Positions 16,938-26,486 of a DNA stretch of 64,000 nucleotides are shown one piece after another. Location of the stretch: assembly GCA_040876345.1 (NCBI GenBank), contig JBBDPM010000006.1, forward strand, positions 456,547 through 520,546, written 5' to 3'. The position numbers were made by a program, and so were the translations under genes. How positions within the stretch are numbered: the first letter of the stretch is position 1; the number at the start of each line of letters is the position of its first letter. Under the pieces are notes generated by a model. That model had not been told where the DNA came from. It did not search any database and saw nothing but the letters and a program-made list of their open reading frames with translations. The stretch is from Candidatus Woykebacteria bacterium. GTDB taxonomy: Bacteria; Patescibacteriota; Microgenomatia; Woykebacterales; RBG-16-39-9b.

Positions 16938-19706
16938 TTAGGCAGCCTTGTCAGCTATGAACTTATAGAACTCCTCCTTTTCCAGTCGGGGGATGGTCCA
17001 TTTCCCGAAGTCCTCCCTGACTAATGTGTCGAAGCGCTCCTCGAGCACCTTCTCGGTCACCGTCTCCTCTTGATCGAATACTAGTGACCAATCGATCTCG
17101 GTCATTTTCGCTTCGCCAAACCTCTCCCTCAGCCCCAGGACCTTACCCTTGGACCATTCCACGGAGATCTCCGTGAGCGCGTCGAGCACCAGGAACAGAG
17201 GCATCCCGCCCTTGATCTCTGACTGGGCCGACTTAATGAGGTTTTCGATGTCGCGCAGGTAATGCGGTGTGCGTGTCCAGGAGCGTGCCCAGAACACCTG
17301 GAGGTCGATCTTCCCACACCGCCAGGCAAAGTCGTACGGGCGCTCCATGCTTTGTTGCATTTTGTGCTCGACTTCGGGGTCACCGGCCCTGTTGTACCGA
17401 ACCCCATACTGGCATTCGATCGCTACGTGGGCCGCATCTGGGAAAGTGAACCCACGCACACCCCTCTTCACCCTGGACTTGAAGACCATGTACAGGCTGA
17501 GGATGTCGTCGCAATGAGCGTGAAGCTCATCCAGTTCGTCGGCCATCGCCCAGATCACCTCAGGGGAGAGATCCTCAATCAGGCGCATGATCTTGGGCCA
17601 GACGAAGATCTCGCGGTTCTTCACAGCGCGTCGGAACACCCTGCGCAGACGCCGAAGGATCGGGCCCTTGGGCTGGTTGTTGAAGATCCGTTCCAGGACC
17701 TCCGTTTGGTGGAAGAACGTAACCTCGCGCCCACTCTTACGCGCTAGGTAGGCACTGCTGTCCTCGTCCTCCCCTGCTTCGCGGTCGAGTATGTTTTCTG
17801 GTACCACCTCCTTAACGATGGTGAACTTCGGGGTTCCATCCTCATTCTGGATGACACTAGCAACCCGGACGTATAGTTCGTTCATGATAGTGTCCGAATG
17901 GAGTCCCTTTTGGTTCTTGCCGATGTCCCGCGGGGCGATGAAGAAGAGTTCCTCCTGCTCGAGGATCTGCAACTCACCCCGTGAGTAGTTTCGCACCAGC
18001 CTAGTCTTCTCATGAAGATCTTTGCTGGTGATGATAGCACCCTCCCTAGCCGACACAATGGCACCGCGAATCATTGCGGCACCCTTGCAAACATCCTCAC
18101 GGCGACCGCCAAAGAGGCTGTAGTAAGTGCTGATCGTGTCCATCGGCGTTTCAGAGGCGTAGTTGGCAGTCGAGCGCATCATCGTGCGCCGGCGGTTCAT
18201 AGAACTCCGCCAAGCCCGCTTCTGTTCACTTGTCGCGTTCTCTGGAACTTCCCCCGGGTGTGGGTAGCGTTTGTTTAGCTCCCACCATACCCAGAAGTCG
18301 CCCCAGGTCTGCCGACTCTGACGCCCGCCCCAGTCTTCCCTCAATGCGGCAGCTACGTCTCTGGTGTCATACTCACCACCACCGTACTTCCAGACGCCGT
18401 TCCGGCTCATCCGGAAGTGGCCGTTGAAGCCGATGAGGTCGCGAATCTCCTCATAAGTCGGGTAGTCGATTAGGGAGTCGCTGACGTCCATCTTCTTGTA
18501 CCCAACCGCCCGAGGAGGACGAACTATCCAGCGGATTGAGTCCAAAGCTCGGAACCGTGCCCAAGCCCTGTCCCAGTTCGTCACTGAGCAAGTTACGTCA
18601 GCGTTCGGGCTGAACTGGTCGTACACCATGTCAAACCGGCGGGGATCCTCGACCCTCTCATCGATAAAGTCAGGGCCCCTGTCCGGTCCCCACCAGTCCA
18701 GGTGCTTCTCCAACTCGTCCATCACTTCGCCGTTTTCTGGATCCCTGCCCAGCTTGCGGCTAAGATTCTGGACTATGTGTGCCCGAAGCTTAAGCTTCCA
18801 GTCGTAGCGGCGCTGCCCGTCAAAGAACGCCCTGTCGGCGACGAGGCTCACGAAGTGAAGGAACTCGAAGTCGTTTAGGGCGCCGATTGTGACAACACGC
18901 TCCTTGGTGTTGATGTCGTAGACCGTGAGCCGATCGTACAGCTCACGGATTCCACCACGGGCTGCTCGGCGGACTGCTCGAGGAGCCTTCTCCAGACCAC
19001 CATAAGGCAGAAGCTTGTCGGGGATCACCCAGTTGGGGTTTTCCCTCTGGAACTTCCGCATCCAGTTACGCAGGAGGTGCTTGAACACGCGGGGCGTCTT
19101 GTTGAACACCTCGCGCTCTTGAGTCTCCCTCTCCTGGTGCGTGTCGTCCACCCACCAAAGAGTTTCGAACACGATGTCCTCGTTGGCAAGCAAGATCGAC
19201 CACTCGTGCTCGTTAGGCTCTTTATTAACGACAGTGGCGACGACCTCGAAGTCGACTCCCTCAACCTCCTTATCCTTCGGGGGAAGGTTGAGAGAAATTC
19301 TGCCGTCGGTGAAAACCCGGACCCTCACCCGTTTCTTGGTTTTTTTGCCTGCCTCCTCTACCGGCTTACCGTCCCCACCAATTATGAGGTCTCCCTCCCC
19401 GTCCTTCTTGTATACTTTTTCGGTTATTGCAACCCGCCGGTAGAAGTATCTCTTGAAGGCGGTGACCGGGACTAGGGTGCGGATGATTGTGTACCGCACA
19501 TCTTGGAAGTTGAAGTTGCGATGGTCCGCCTGCTTGGTACCGAGAATGCCCCAAAGCGCAGTGTCTATGGTCGCTACGAAACCGATCTGACCGTTAACGA
19601 TCTCATCAGTGCTAAACCAGCGCTTTTGCTCGGTCCAGCGCACTATACCGAACTCGTTTTCCTCCTGTTCACCGTTTTCGCCTTCCGGTTCTTCGCCGTC
19701 TAGCAT
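16938..19706 (-). CDS. Large GC-rich orphan protein (922 aa), soluble, Arg/Glu/Trp-rich
   Basis: Long ORF with SD AAGGAGG 9 nt upstream of the ATG; no family motif, signal peptide or TM recognised. Confidence 0.8.
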   Translation of the reverse strand: MLDGEEPEGENGEQEENEFGIVRWTEQKRWFSTDEIVNGQIGFVATIDTALWGILGTKQADHRNFNFQDVRYTIIRTLVPVTAFKRYFYRRVAITEKVYKKDGEGDLIIGGDGKPVEEAGKKTKKRVRVRVFTDGRISLNLPPKDKEVEGVDFEVVATVVNKEPNEHEWSILLANEDIVFETLWWVDDTHQERETQEREVFNKTPRVFKHLLRNWMRKFQRENPNWVIPDKLLPYGGLEKAPRAVRRAARGGIRELYDRLTVYDINTKERVVTIGALNDFEFLHFVSLVADRAFFDGQRRYDWKLKLRAHIVQNLSRKLGRDPENGEVMDELEKHLDWWGPDRGPDFIDERVEDPRRFDMVYDQFSPNADVTCSVTNWDRAWARFRALDSIRWIVRPPRAVGYKKMDVSDSLIDYPTYEEIRDLIGFNGHFRMSRNGVWKYGGGEYDTRDVAAALREDWGGRQSRQTWGDFWVWWELNKRYPHPGEVPENATSEQKRAWRSSMNRRRTMMRSTANYASETPMDTISTYYSLFGGRREDVCKGAAMIRGAIVSAREGAIITSKDLHEKTRLVRNYSRGELQILEQEELFFIAPRDIGKNQKGLHSDTIMNELYVRVASVIQNEDGTPKFTIVKEVVPENILDREAGEDEDSSAYLARKSGREVTFFHQTEVLERIFNNQPKGPILRRLRRVFRRAVKNREIFVWPKIMRLIEDLSPEVIWAMADELDELHAHCDDILSLYMVFKSRVKRGVRGFTFPDAAHVAIECQYGVRYNRAGDPEVEHKMQQSMERPYDFAWRCGKIDLQVFWARSWTRTPHYLRDIENLIKSAQSEIKGGMPLFLVLDALTEISVEWSKGKVLGLRERFGEAKMTEIDWSLVFDQEETVTEKVLEERFDTLVREDFGKWTIPRLEKEEFYKFIADKAA

Positions 19707-19711
19707 CGTGT

Positions 19712-20005
19712 AAACCTCCTTGGGTTGCTAAACCCCTCAGGCAAGAGCGCTAGCGCAACAAGACTGAGAGGACGCTGTCCAGCATACGTTCGTGAGGGTT
19801 GAAAACCCCTGAGCGGTAATACCGCTTTGGAGCCTATTCCCTGTATCACTTGGTGTATGCTAGAGCAGCAGCAACACCAAGGGGAGTTTGAATGTTAGTT
19901 CTTGGATTTAGGATCTAGGATTTTAACTTAAATCCAACATCCTGAATCTAATATCCAAAATCCCCCTGGCGTTACCCCGCTGTCTAGCGGAAACCAAGGA
20001 AGTCT
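19712..20005 (-). ncRNA. Putative ~294-nt multi-stem cis-regulatory RNA that sequesters the RBS of the 922-aa gene
   Basis: Helices 19994-20005/19712-19723, 19961-19976/19870-19885, 19855-19869/19774-19787 and 19764-19771/19733-19740. Their non-Watson-Crick positions are G:U only on the minus strand. Confidence 0.6.
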
Positions 20006-20110
20006 TTTTGTTCGTTTTACTTAATTTTTGGCGAATCGTAATGTTATAGGTTTCCAATTCGCCTTATATTCGCTTGTTAAGGTACTCACCATCGCAAGTT
20101 TCAACTTACG

Positions 20111-20152
20111 AAAATGGGCTCTGACTAACGACCTTTCGTTAACCAGAGCCCA
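20111..20152 (-). terminator. Attenuator terminator hairpin
   Basis: TGGGCTCTGGTTAACGA-AAGG-TCGTTAGTCAGAGCCCA-TTTT: a 17-bp stem with two G:U pairs and a short U tail. Confidence 0.7.
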
Positions 20153-20175
20153 CCTTCGGGGACATATGCAAAAAC

Positions 20176-20235
20176 TCACCATGGAGGTGGCTCTGGTATA
20201 ATTAATTTCTTAATTCTAAGTTCTGCTTCGTTCAT
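20176..20235 (-). CDS. Leader peptide MNEAELRIKKLIIPEPPPW*
   Basis: uORF about 35 nt after the predicted TSS; its P-E-P-P codons are complementary to the 5' arm of the terminator. Confidence 0.65.
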   Translation of the reverse strand: MNEAELRIKKLIIPEPPPW

Positions 20236-20275
20236 TGTTCTTAATTAACTACTTATTACTAATAACTAAGTTGCT

Positions 20276-20304
20276 AGTTTAGCACAAATCAGCTTCAATG
20301 TCAA
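20276..20304 (-). promoter_or_regulatory. Strong sigma70 promoter driving the leader and the 922-aa gene
   Basis: TTGACA-N17-TAAACT with extended -10 TGn. Confidence 0.75.
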
Positions 20305-20532
20305 TCCTATAGGATCCTCGGTGATTAAATTCATTCGCTTCGCTCAAGTAATTTAGGTACTCTTGGGTTCTGCGGGCGGGCGTAGATTCTAGGTTTCTAT
20401 TCGTGTACTTTACGATACAGTATGAGTCGGTTGATTTCGAATCTACTATCGACCATAATATACCCTACAGTTTAATCAAAGGTATTTTTCGGCGAAGAAT
20501 TCTCGAAGCCAGCTGAAGGTTAATCAAACAAT

Positions 20533-21162
20533 ATGCAGCAGCATCCTGTCCCGCAGAACATAACCGGGTTTGAATTTAAGCTTATCGGCTTTTTGACGAT
20601 TAAGCAATTTGCTTACCTTGCGGTTGCTGGAATTTTTAGCTTCGTCTTTTTTATTTCCCCAATACCTGTTCTAGTTAAGATCATTGTTATTTCTCCAATT
20701 GCTCTCTTTGGTGCTGCCCTTGCCTTTGTGCCGGTAAACGGCCTGCCTTTTGAAAAGTGGCTAGTTGTTTTTATAAGCTCAATTTACTCTCCTTCAAGGA
20801 GGGTCTGGCACAAAGGCCTTAAGGAAATAAGTTTTCTGGCTCCGTCCTTTTCACGCTATCTAAAAAGACCCCCTGGACCAGCGCCAAAAGTGTTGCCCGA
20901 CAAATCTCGCCTGGAAAGCTTTTTAACCCAGATGCGGGGAAGGGGTGATAAAGCCGCCGTTGACAGAATAGAGGAGCAGCGGATTTCCCAAATAGACTTT
21001 AGTGCGACCGTGCCCCACTTCAGTGAAATTGATAATGAAGGTGAGTTAGAACCAACTTATAGCAAGGGGTCTGCGGGAAACAAACTGCCTGATATTTATG
21101 ACTATCCAGAAGCGCAAATAAATCCGGTCTCTACGAGCAGTGAGGTACAAAAAGATGAATAG
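20533..21162 (+). CDS. PrgI-family (VirB3-like) protein
   Basis: QHPVPQNITGFEFKLIGFLTIKQF followed by two TM helices. Confidence 0.88.
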   Translation: MQQHPVPQNITGFEFKLIGFLTIKQFAYLAVAGIFSFVFFISPIPVLVKIIVISPIALFGAALAFVPVNGLPFEKWLVVFISSIYSPSRRVWHKGLKEISFLAPSFSRYLKRPPGPAPKVLPDKSRLESFLTQMRGRGDKAAVDRIEEQRISQIDFSATVPHFSEIDNEGELEPTYSKGSAGNKLPDIYDYPEAQINPVSTSSEVQKDE

Positions 21163-22750
21163 TAATACTGAAGCTGAGGTCAAATTTACATACCCGGGTA
21201 AGAATCTCGCCCATCGTTTTAGACCGACTGAATCTATCCGCCAAATAATTGAGCCTTTGATAAAAAGGGCCCACCCCTTTGCTTCTCAAGTGAACTTTCA
21301 TCCAGTAGCCACACTGAACCTGCCGGATAAAAACGTCTACGTCCGGCCCATTCGCAACTTGCAACCAAGACATATATCACCTCTGCCTCTTCAAGGTCCT
21401 TTTGCCTTACCAATAAGGGGGGAGAGGACTTTCGAGCTCTCCGCGGACCTTCAAGACCAAATCCAAAAGCGGGTTGGTGTGGTAATGAGCCCTTACGAAG
21501 TCGACCCCAAAACGCGACCGGTACCGCCCGGACTTACGCCGCAGCCAGAACCCAACCCACCAATTCAAGTAAACAAACCGCAACAGAGTGTTCCTGTATC
21601 AGCGCCTATTCTATCCACCCAAACTCAAGTGGCTGTAGCGCCGCCAACTCAAGTTACAAGCTTTCAGACTAATCACCTACCAACTACACCCTCAACCCCA
21701 GTTGCCACCCAGGCGCCGCTTCCTAGAGTGCTGTCACCAACATCTCAGGTTAGTCAAGTACCGGTGGTCCAAATACCCCAAACCATTACTACTCCGCAAG
21801 CCCCACGTGCCCAGACTATTCAAACTAGCCAACCACCTCTAGCTCCAGTGCCTGTTCAAAAACCGATTGCTTTTTCACCAACTAATCAGGCCCTGATTGA
21901 TGATGTTGCCAAACTAAAGGAGGAACTTCTTAAAGAGTCCATTACAACCAATGTTACTCAAGAGAGGATCGGTGAACTTTCAAATAAATACCAATCTCAA
22001 ATTGTCAATTTAATTAACCAAAACAACTACCTGATTTCCGAAATTAACAATTTTAAAGCGAAGCTCACCGATGAATCTAGAAAAAGGCAGGCCTCAGAAA
22101 ATCAACTGTCAGTAGTTACCTCCCAATTAAAAAATGAGGTTGAAAAGCTCAAGATTGAGCGCGACGGACTTCTTGGTAAATTGAAAACGTCTGAGACCCA
22201 GTTTAGAAACTACCACGAAGCCCAGGAAAAAAATCTTCCCACTAAAATTGAGCTTACCCAGCTAAACGCCAAGATTGCGGAGTTGGAAAGGGAAAAATCA
22301 GAATCAGAAACAAAAGCAATTAAGCTCAAGAGCTTAGTTAATGAACTCCAAGAAAAAGGTGCCCAAAAACACTCTCAACTAAAAGAGATGGTGATGCCCA
22401 CACTGTCTTTTGGTAAATCTCAATATGATGCGCCTGTCAGAGTGATACAACCTACTCAAGCAATTGGTAAAATGGCTCCCGCCCTAACCACAATACCAAA
22501 CGTTGTGAGCGGCATAATCAAAGACCGAAACGGTCTTCTACTAACTGATGTGGTGGTAGTGGTAAAGGACGCTTCAGGGAATCCGGTTAGAGCTCTAAAA
22601 TCTAATAAAATTGGTCAGTTTGCGATATCGACTCCGCTGCCCGAGGGGACTTACACAATGGAACTCGAAAGAGAAGAGAACGAATTCGACGTGGTTCAAA
22701 TAAAGCTGGGGGGGAAAATAGTACCCCCAATTGAGATAAGAGCCCGCTAG
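21155..22750 (+). CDS. Pro/Gln/Thr-rich linker + coiled coil + C-terminal carboxypeptidase-regulatory-like beta domain (T4SS accessory)
   Basis: Composition as stated; PNVVSGIIKD...GNPVRALKSNKIGQF. Confidence 0.7.
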   Translation: MNSNTEAEVKFTYPGKNLAHRFRPTESIRQIIEPLIKRAHPFASQVNFHPVATLNLPDKNVYVRPIRNLQPRHISPLPLQGPFALPIRGERTFELSADLQDQIQKRVGVVMSPYEVDPKTRPVPPGLTPQPEPNPPIQVNKPQQSVPVSAPILSTQTQVAVAPPTQVTSFQTNHLPTTPSTPVATQAPLPRVLSPTSQVSQVPVVQIPQTITTPQAPRAQTIQTSQPPLAPVPVQKPIAFSPTNQALIDDVAKLKEELLKESITTNVTQERIGELSNKYQSQIVNLINQNNYLISEINNFKAKLTDESRKRQASENQLSVVTSQLKNEVEKLKIERDGLLGKLKTSETQFRNYHEAQEKNLPTKIELTQLNAKIAELEREKSESETKAIKLKSLVNELQEKGAQKHSQLKEMVMPTLSFGKSQYDAPVRVIQPTQAIGKMAPALTTIPNVVSGIIKDRNGLLLTDVVVVVKDASGNPVRALKSNKIGQFAISTPLPEGTYTMELEREENEFDVVQIKLGGKIVPPIEIRAR

Positions 22751-22752
22751 CT

Positions 22753-23484
22753 ATGGCTACGAGTAAAAAGATCTATACAACACAGGAACATTTAGATGTC
22801 GATGACATTAGGGACTCTCTCGTGGTGCTAAAAAATGGCGAGGCTGTCGCCATGATTCAAACTAGCGCCATCAATTTTGACCTTCTTTCTGAAAGAGAGC
22901 AGGACGCCATGATCTTTGCTTATGCCGCCCTACTAAACTCGCTTACATTTCCAATCCAAATTTTAGTGAGATCAAAGCGTCTGGACATTTCTAATTATCT
23001 TGATAATCTAGCTCTAGCCCGGCGCCAAGTTAAAAACCCCCTTTTAGCTGGGCAAATTGACAAATACGCTTTCTTTATACGAGATCTAGTTTCCCAAAAC
23101 CAAGTGCTAGATAAAAGATTTTACATAGTGGTACCCTACCTTGCAATTAGCCTGGCCCAACTAAAAACCGCTGGACTAGATTTACTAGGCAAAAAGGCCC
23201 CACCCACCAACAAATGGGTGACCCTAGAAAAGGCTAAGGTAAATCTAGAGCCTAAAATCGCTCACATTACTAAGCAGTTAAACCGAATCGGGATTAAAGC
23301 TAAAGCCCTTAACACTGAGGAGCTAGTTGAGCTTTTCTATGATCTTTACAATCCAGAGATGGTCGGTGAGCAAAAGGCAGCCCTATCTCCTGAGGAGTAC
23401 ACCACGCCAATAGTTGAGCCGGCTGTGAGCCCAGTAATTGAAGAGGGTGGGCAAAATCAAAATGTAGTCAGGGAGCAACCATGA
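22753..23484 (+). CDS. TraC/VirB4 N-terminal-like T4SS protein
   Basis: INFDLLSEREQDA...LNSLTFPIQI...ELVELFYDLYNP; directly upstream of the VirB4 ATPase. Confidence 0.75.
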   Translation: MATSKKIYTTQEHLDVDDIRDSLVVLKNGEAVAMIQTSAINFDLLSEREQDAMIFAYAALLNSLTFPIQILVRSKRLDISNYLDNLALARRQVKNPLLAGQIDKYAFFIRDLVSQNQVLDKRFYIVVPYLAISLAQLKTAGLDLLGKKAPPTNKWVTLEKAKVNLEPKIAHITKQLNRIGIKAKALNTEELVELFYDLYNPEMVGEQKAALSPEEYTTPIVEPAVSPVIEEGGQNQNVVREQP

Positions 23485-25376
23485 GTATCAATCCTTTCAA
23501 AAAAAAGGCAGTTATAGATCCCCAAGAAACCGAGCTCGCTCAGACTCGCGCTAAAGTCACTCAAGTGCTTGGTAGGGGGATGACCGACGTAAAAGATGTT
23601 ATTGCCCCCTCTGCAATAGAGGTGGACTTCGACTATATAAAAATTGGCGAGACTTACTTCCGCACGTTATTTGTGGTTGGCTACCCAAGATTTGTCGGCG
23701 CTAATTGGCTCTCTCCCATAATTAACTTTGACCACACCTTAGATATTTCCTTTTTCTACTACCCCGTCGAGTCTAAAGGGATTTTGGATGATCTTAGGAG
23801 AAAAATAGCGGAGATGGAAGCAACTCTTGAATCAGATCTTGAAGCCGGTAGAGTCCTTGACCCCGGAGTAAGAATTGCTCTCGAGGATGCTCAAGCTCTC
23901 CAGGAGCAGCTTACGGCTGGCGTCGAGAGGTTTTTTCAATTCTCGTTTTACATTACTATCCCCGCTTTTTCCTTGGAGGAGCTCTCATCAGTGACAAAAC
24001 AAGTTGAGTCAACTCTTGGATCTCTTCTGGTAATTTCGAAACACGCCACTCTGCAGCAGGAAAGGGCCTTTCAATCAGTACTACCAACCTTCACCGACAA
24101 ACTCTTGGTTACTAGGAATATGGACACCACTTCACTGGCCACAACCTTTCCTTTTACTTCAAGTGAGCTAACTGCCAACAAGGGAATTCTTTACGGGATA
24201 AACGAGCACAACGGTTCCCTAGTAATCTTTGATCGCTTTAGCCTGGAGAATGCAAACAGTGTTGTCTTTGCAAAAAGTGGGGCTGGAAAAAGCTACTTAG
24301 TTAAGCTTGAGGTGCTTCGCCAACTTATGTTTGGGACTGAGGCGATTGTAATTGATCCTGAGGACGAATATATAGCCCTGGCTAATGCGATCGGTGGAGA
24401 AGTTATAAAATTTAAGGCGGCCGAGCAAGTTAAAATTAATCCTTTTGATCTTTCCGGAATCTATCAAGAAGGGGAGAACGAGCTGGGTCTAAAAATCCTT
24501 ACTCTACACTCTTTATTTAGAGTCATGATGGGAACCCTCACACCGACTGAGGACGCTCTCCTTGATAGGGCGCTGGTCGCTACTTACAAATTGAAGGGCA
24601 TCACGCCAGATCCCGCAACCCAAACTAAAGAACCACCGGTGATGGAGGACCTTTACAATGTTTTGCTAAACATGGGGGAGCCTGAAGCCAAAAATATGGC
24701 TGCCAGACTTGAGAAATTTATAAGAGGATCACTGTCTGGTATATTCGACCAACAAAGCACTATAAATATAAAGAACACCTTCACCGTTTTTTCTATACGA
24801 GACATGGAGGATGAACTACGACCAATCGCTATGTTTATTATCCTCGATTTTATCTGGACGCGGATTAAAAAGGAGCTGAAAAGGCGGATATTAGTTGTTG
24901 ACGAGGCTTGGTATCTGATGAAACATCAAGACTCGGCAGCCTTTCTTTATTCAATCGCTAAAAGAGCCCGAAAATATTTTCTGGGACTAACCTCAATAAC
25001 TCAAGACGTTGAGGATTTTCTTGGAAGCGACTACGGTAAGGCAATTGTCACCAACTCTTCGTTACAATTTTTGCTTAAACAATCAACTGCTTCAATCGAT
25101 AAGCTTGCTGAAGTGTTTTACCTTTCGGAGGGGGAGAAAAACCTTCTCCTTTCCTCAGAAATAGGGGAGGGTCTTTTCTTTGCCGGCCAAAATCACGTTG
25201 CGATTCGAATTCAAGCCGCGCCTCATGAACACGTTCTAATTACCTCAAACCCCGAAGAATTAAACCGAAACGAGGCTCTTGCAGCTGCACAACAGAATGC
25301 TTCTCAAAACCCCACTACAACGCAGGTGGCCGCTCAAGATCAAAAAACCAACCCTTACCCAGAAAACCCAGTCTAG
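23481..25376 (+). CDS. virB4: VirB4-like T4SS ATPase
   Basis: Walker A AKSGAGKS, IDPEDEY, Walker B VVDEAW, RARKY and ITQD. Confidence 0.92.
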   Translation: MSINPFKKKAVIDPQETELAQTRAKVTQVLGRGMTDVKDVIAPSAIEVDFDYIKIGETYFRTLFVVGYPRFVGANWLSPIINFDHTLDISFFYYPVESKGILDDLRRKIAEMEATLESDLEAGRVLDPGVRIALEDAQALQEQLTAGVERFFQFSFYITIPAFSLEELSSVTKQVESTLGSLLVISKHATLQQERAFQSVLPTFTDKLLVTRNMDTTSLATTFPFTSSELTANKGILYGINEHNGSLVIFDRFSLENANSVVFAKSGAGKSYLVKLEVLRQLMFGTEAIVIDPEDEYIALANAIGGEVIKFKAAEQVKINPFDLSGIYQEGENELGLKILTLHSLFRVMMGTLTPTEDALLDRALVATYKLKGITPDPATQTKEPPVMEDLYNVLLNMGEPEAKNMAARLEKFIRGSLSGIFDQQSTINIKNTFTVFSIRDMEDELRPIAMFIILDFIWTRIKKELKRRILVVDEAWYLMKHQDSAAFLYSIAKRARKYFLGLTSITQDVEDFLGSDYGKAIVTNSSLQFLLKQSTASIDKLAEVFYLSEGEKNLLLSSEIGEGLFFAGQNHVAIRIQAAPHEHVLITSNPEELNRNEALAAAQQNASQNPTTTQVAAQDQKTNPYPENPV

Positions 25377-25379
25377 ACT

Positions 25380-26486
25380 CTAGCGCTTGACTTCAGACAC
25401 GCCCCCATCCTTGACTGAATAAATCTTGGCTCTCTCCAAAACTTTATTGGGGAAAAATTCCTTAGAGGTAGCCGTGATAATACTCTGCTGACGATAGACT
25501 ACTTCTAAGATATGTTCCCGATTGTTTTTATCAAATTCGCTCAGAATGTCGTCTAAAAGTAGGGTGGGTTTCTCGCCCCGGACTTTTTCGATGTAATTAG
25601 TCTCCACCAATTTCAGAGCGAGAGTGGCAATACGCTGCTCGCCACGAGATCCAAAAGTCCCAATATCTTCTTCCAAAATTTCATTGTCCTTGAAAATCTC
25701 CAGCAACACTCGGAAATCATCCCGGTGGGGCCCAAAACTAGTTAATCCTCTTTCAACATCAATCTTTTTTCTCTTAGCTAGATTCTGGGCGAAAAAATCC
25801 CCTATTTCTTCATCTTTAACCACTGCTTCAGCGAAAGGGCGATAATTTATTCTAATCTCGGATCCAGAGAGTCCCCGCCCAATTTTTTTCAATAAGTTGT
25901 TGGCGTAATGATAGAAAGAGATCCGTGCTTTCCAGACTAAGTTTCCAGAATCTACTAACTGCCTGTCCCAAACGCTAAAGTCTTGGGGGAATCCCTCTCT
26001 TTCAAGCCAAAGCAACTTATTCCTTCGTTTCATTACTTGACCAAACCTGGCTAGGTGGTAAAGATAGGTTTTATCTGTCACCGATAAAACTTGATCTAAA
26101 AAACGCCGCCGCCTATCTGGCGGCCCTGAAACAACCTCGATGCTCTCCGGAGAAAACAAAACGATTGGGAACAGCCCAATTATGCGCTGCTTTTTGTTTT
26201 CATTGTTGTCCAAAAAAACTCTCTTGCCCTCTCTCGTGACGATAGTTTTTATCTTGTGGGGCCCAACCGTTCCCGCTAAAAGGGCGTGCTCGGATCCCCA
26301 GTTGATCAACTCTAAATCTTTACCAGCTCGAAATGACTTAGTGGTTGAGAGAAGATGGACTGCCTCGATAATGTTAGTTTTGCCTTGCGCGTTATCGCCC
26401 ACGAACAAATTTATCTTATCGCCGAAGGAGATTTTTAGATTTTTAAAGTTTCTAAAATCGGAAATTTCTAGATTCTCAATCCACAT
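25380..26486 (-). CDS. recF: DNA replication/repair protein RecF
   Basis: GDNAQGKTN, GPHRDD, SRGEQR and LLLDD motifs. Confidence 0.96.
   Translation of the reverse strand: MWIENLEISDFRNFKNLKISFGDKINLFVGDNAQGKTNIIEAVHLLSTTKSFRAGKDLELINWGSEHALLAGTVGPHKIKTIVTREGKRVFLDNNENKKQRIIGLFPIVLFSPESIEVVSGPPDRRRRFLDQVLSVTDKTYLYHLARFGQVMKRRNKLLWLEREGFPQDFSVWDRQLVDSGNLVWKARISFYHYANNLLKKIGRGLSGSEIRINYRPFAEAVVKDEEIGDFFAQNLAKRKKIDVERGLTSFGPHRDDFRVLLEIFKDNEILEEDIGTFGSRGEQRIATLALKLVETNYIEKVRGEKPTLLLDDILSEFDKNNREHILEVVYRQQSIITATSKEFFPNKVLERAKIYSVKDGGVSEVKR

Noticed and set aside
17480-17540. HCDDIL in the 922-aa protein as an RT/RdRp xxDD motif, which would make the upstream RNA a retron-like ncRNA
   Set aside because: It follows a helical acidic stretch and none of the other RT or RdRp motifs are visible; it cannot be supported without a structure search.
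17129-19703. Many overlapping short ORFs inside the 922-aa gene
   Set aside because: Expected from stop-codon scarcity in GC-rich DNA; no RBS or motifs.
19886-19960. Short AT-rich repeats as a CRISPR array
   Set aside because: They are degenerate ~7-nt units with no repeat-spacer periodicity and no cas genes; treated as a loop insert of the leader RNA.
7074-25376. T4SS region as an ICE or prophage
   Set aside because: No integrase, relaxase, att repeats or phage genes; composition matches the backbone.
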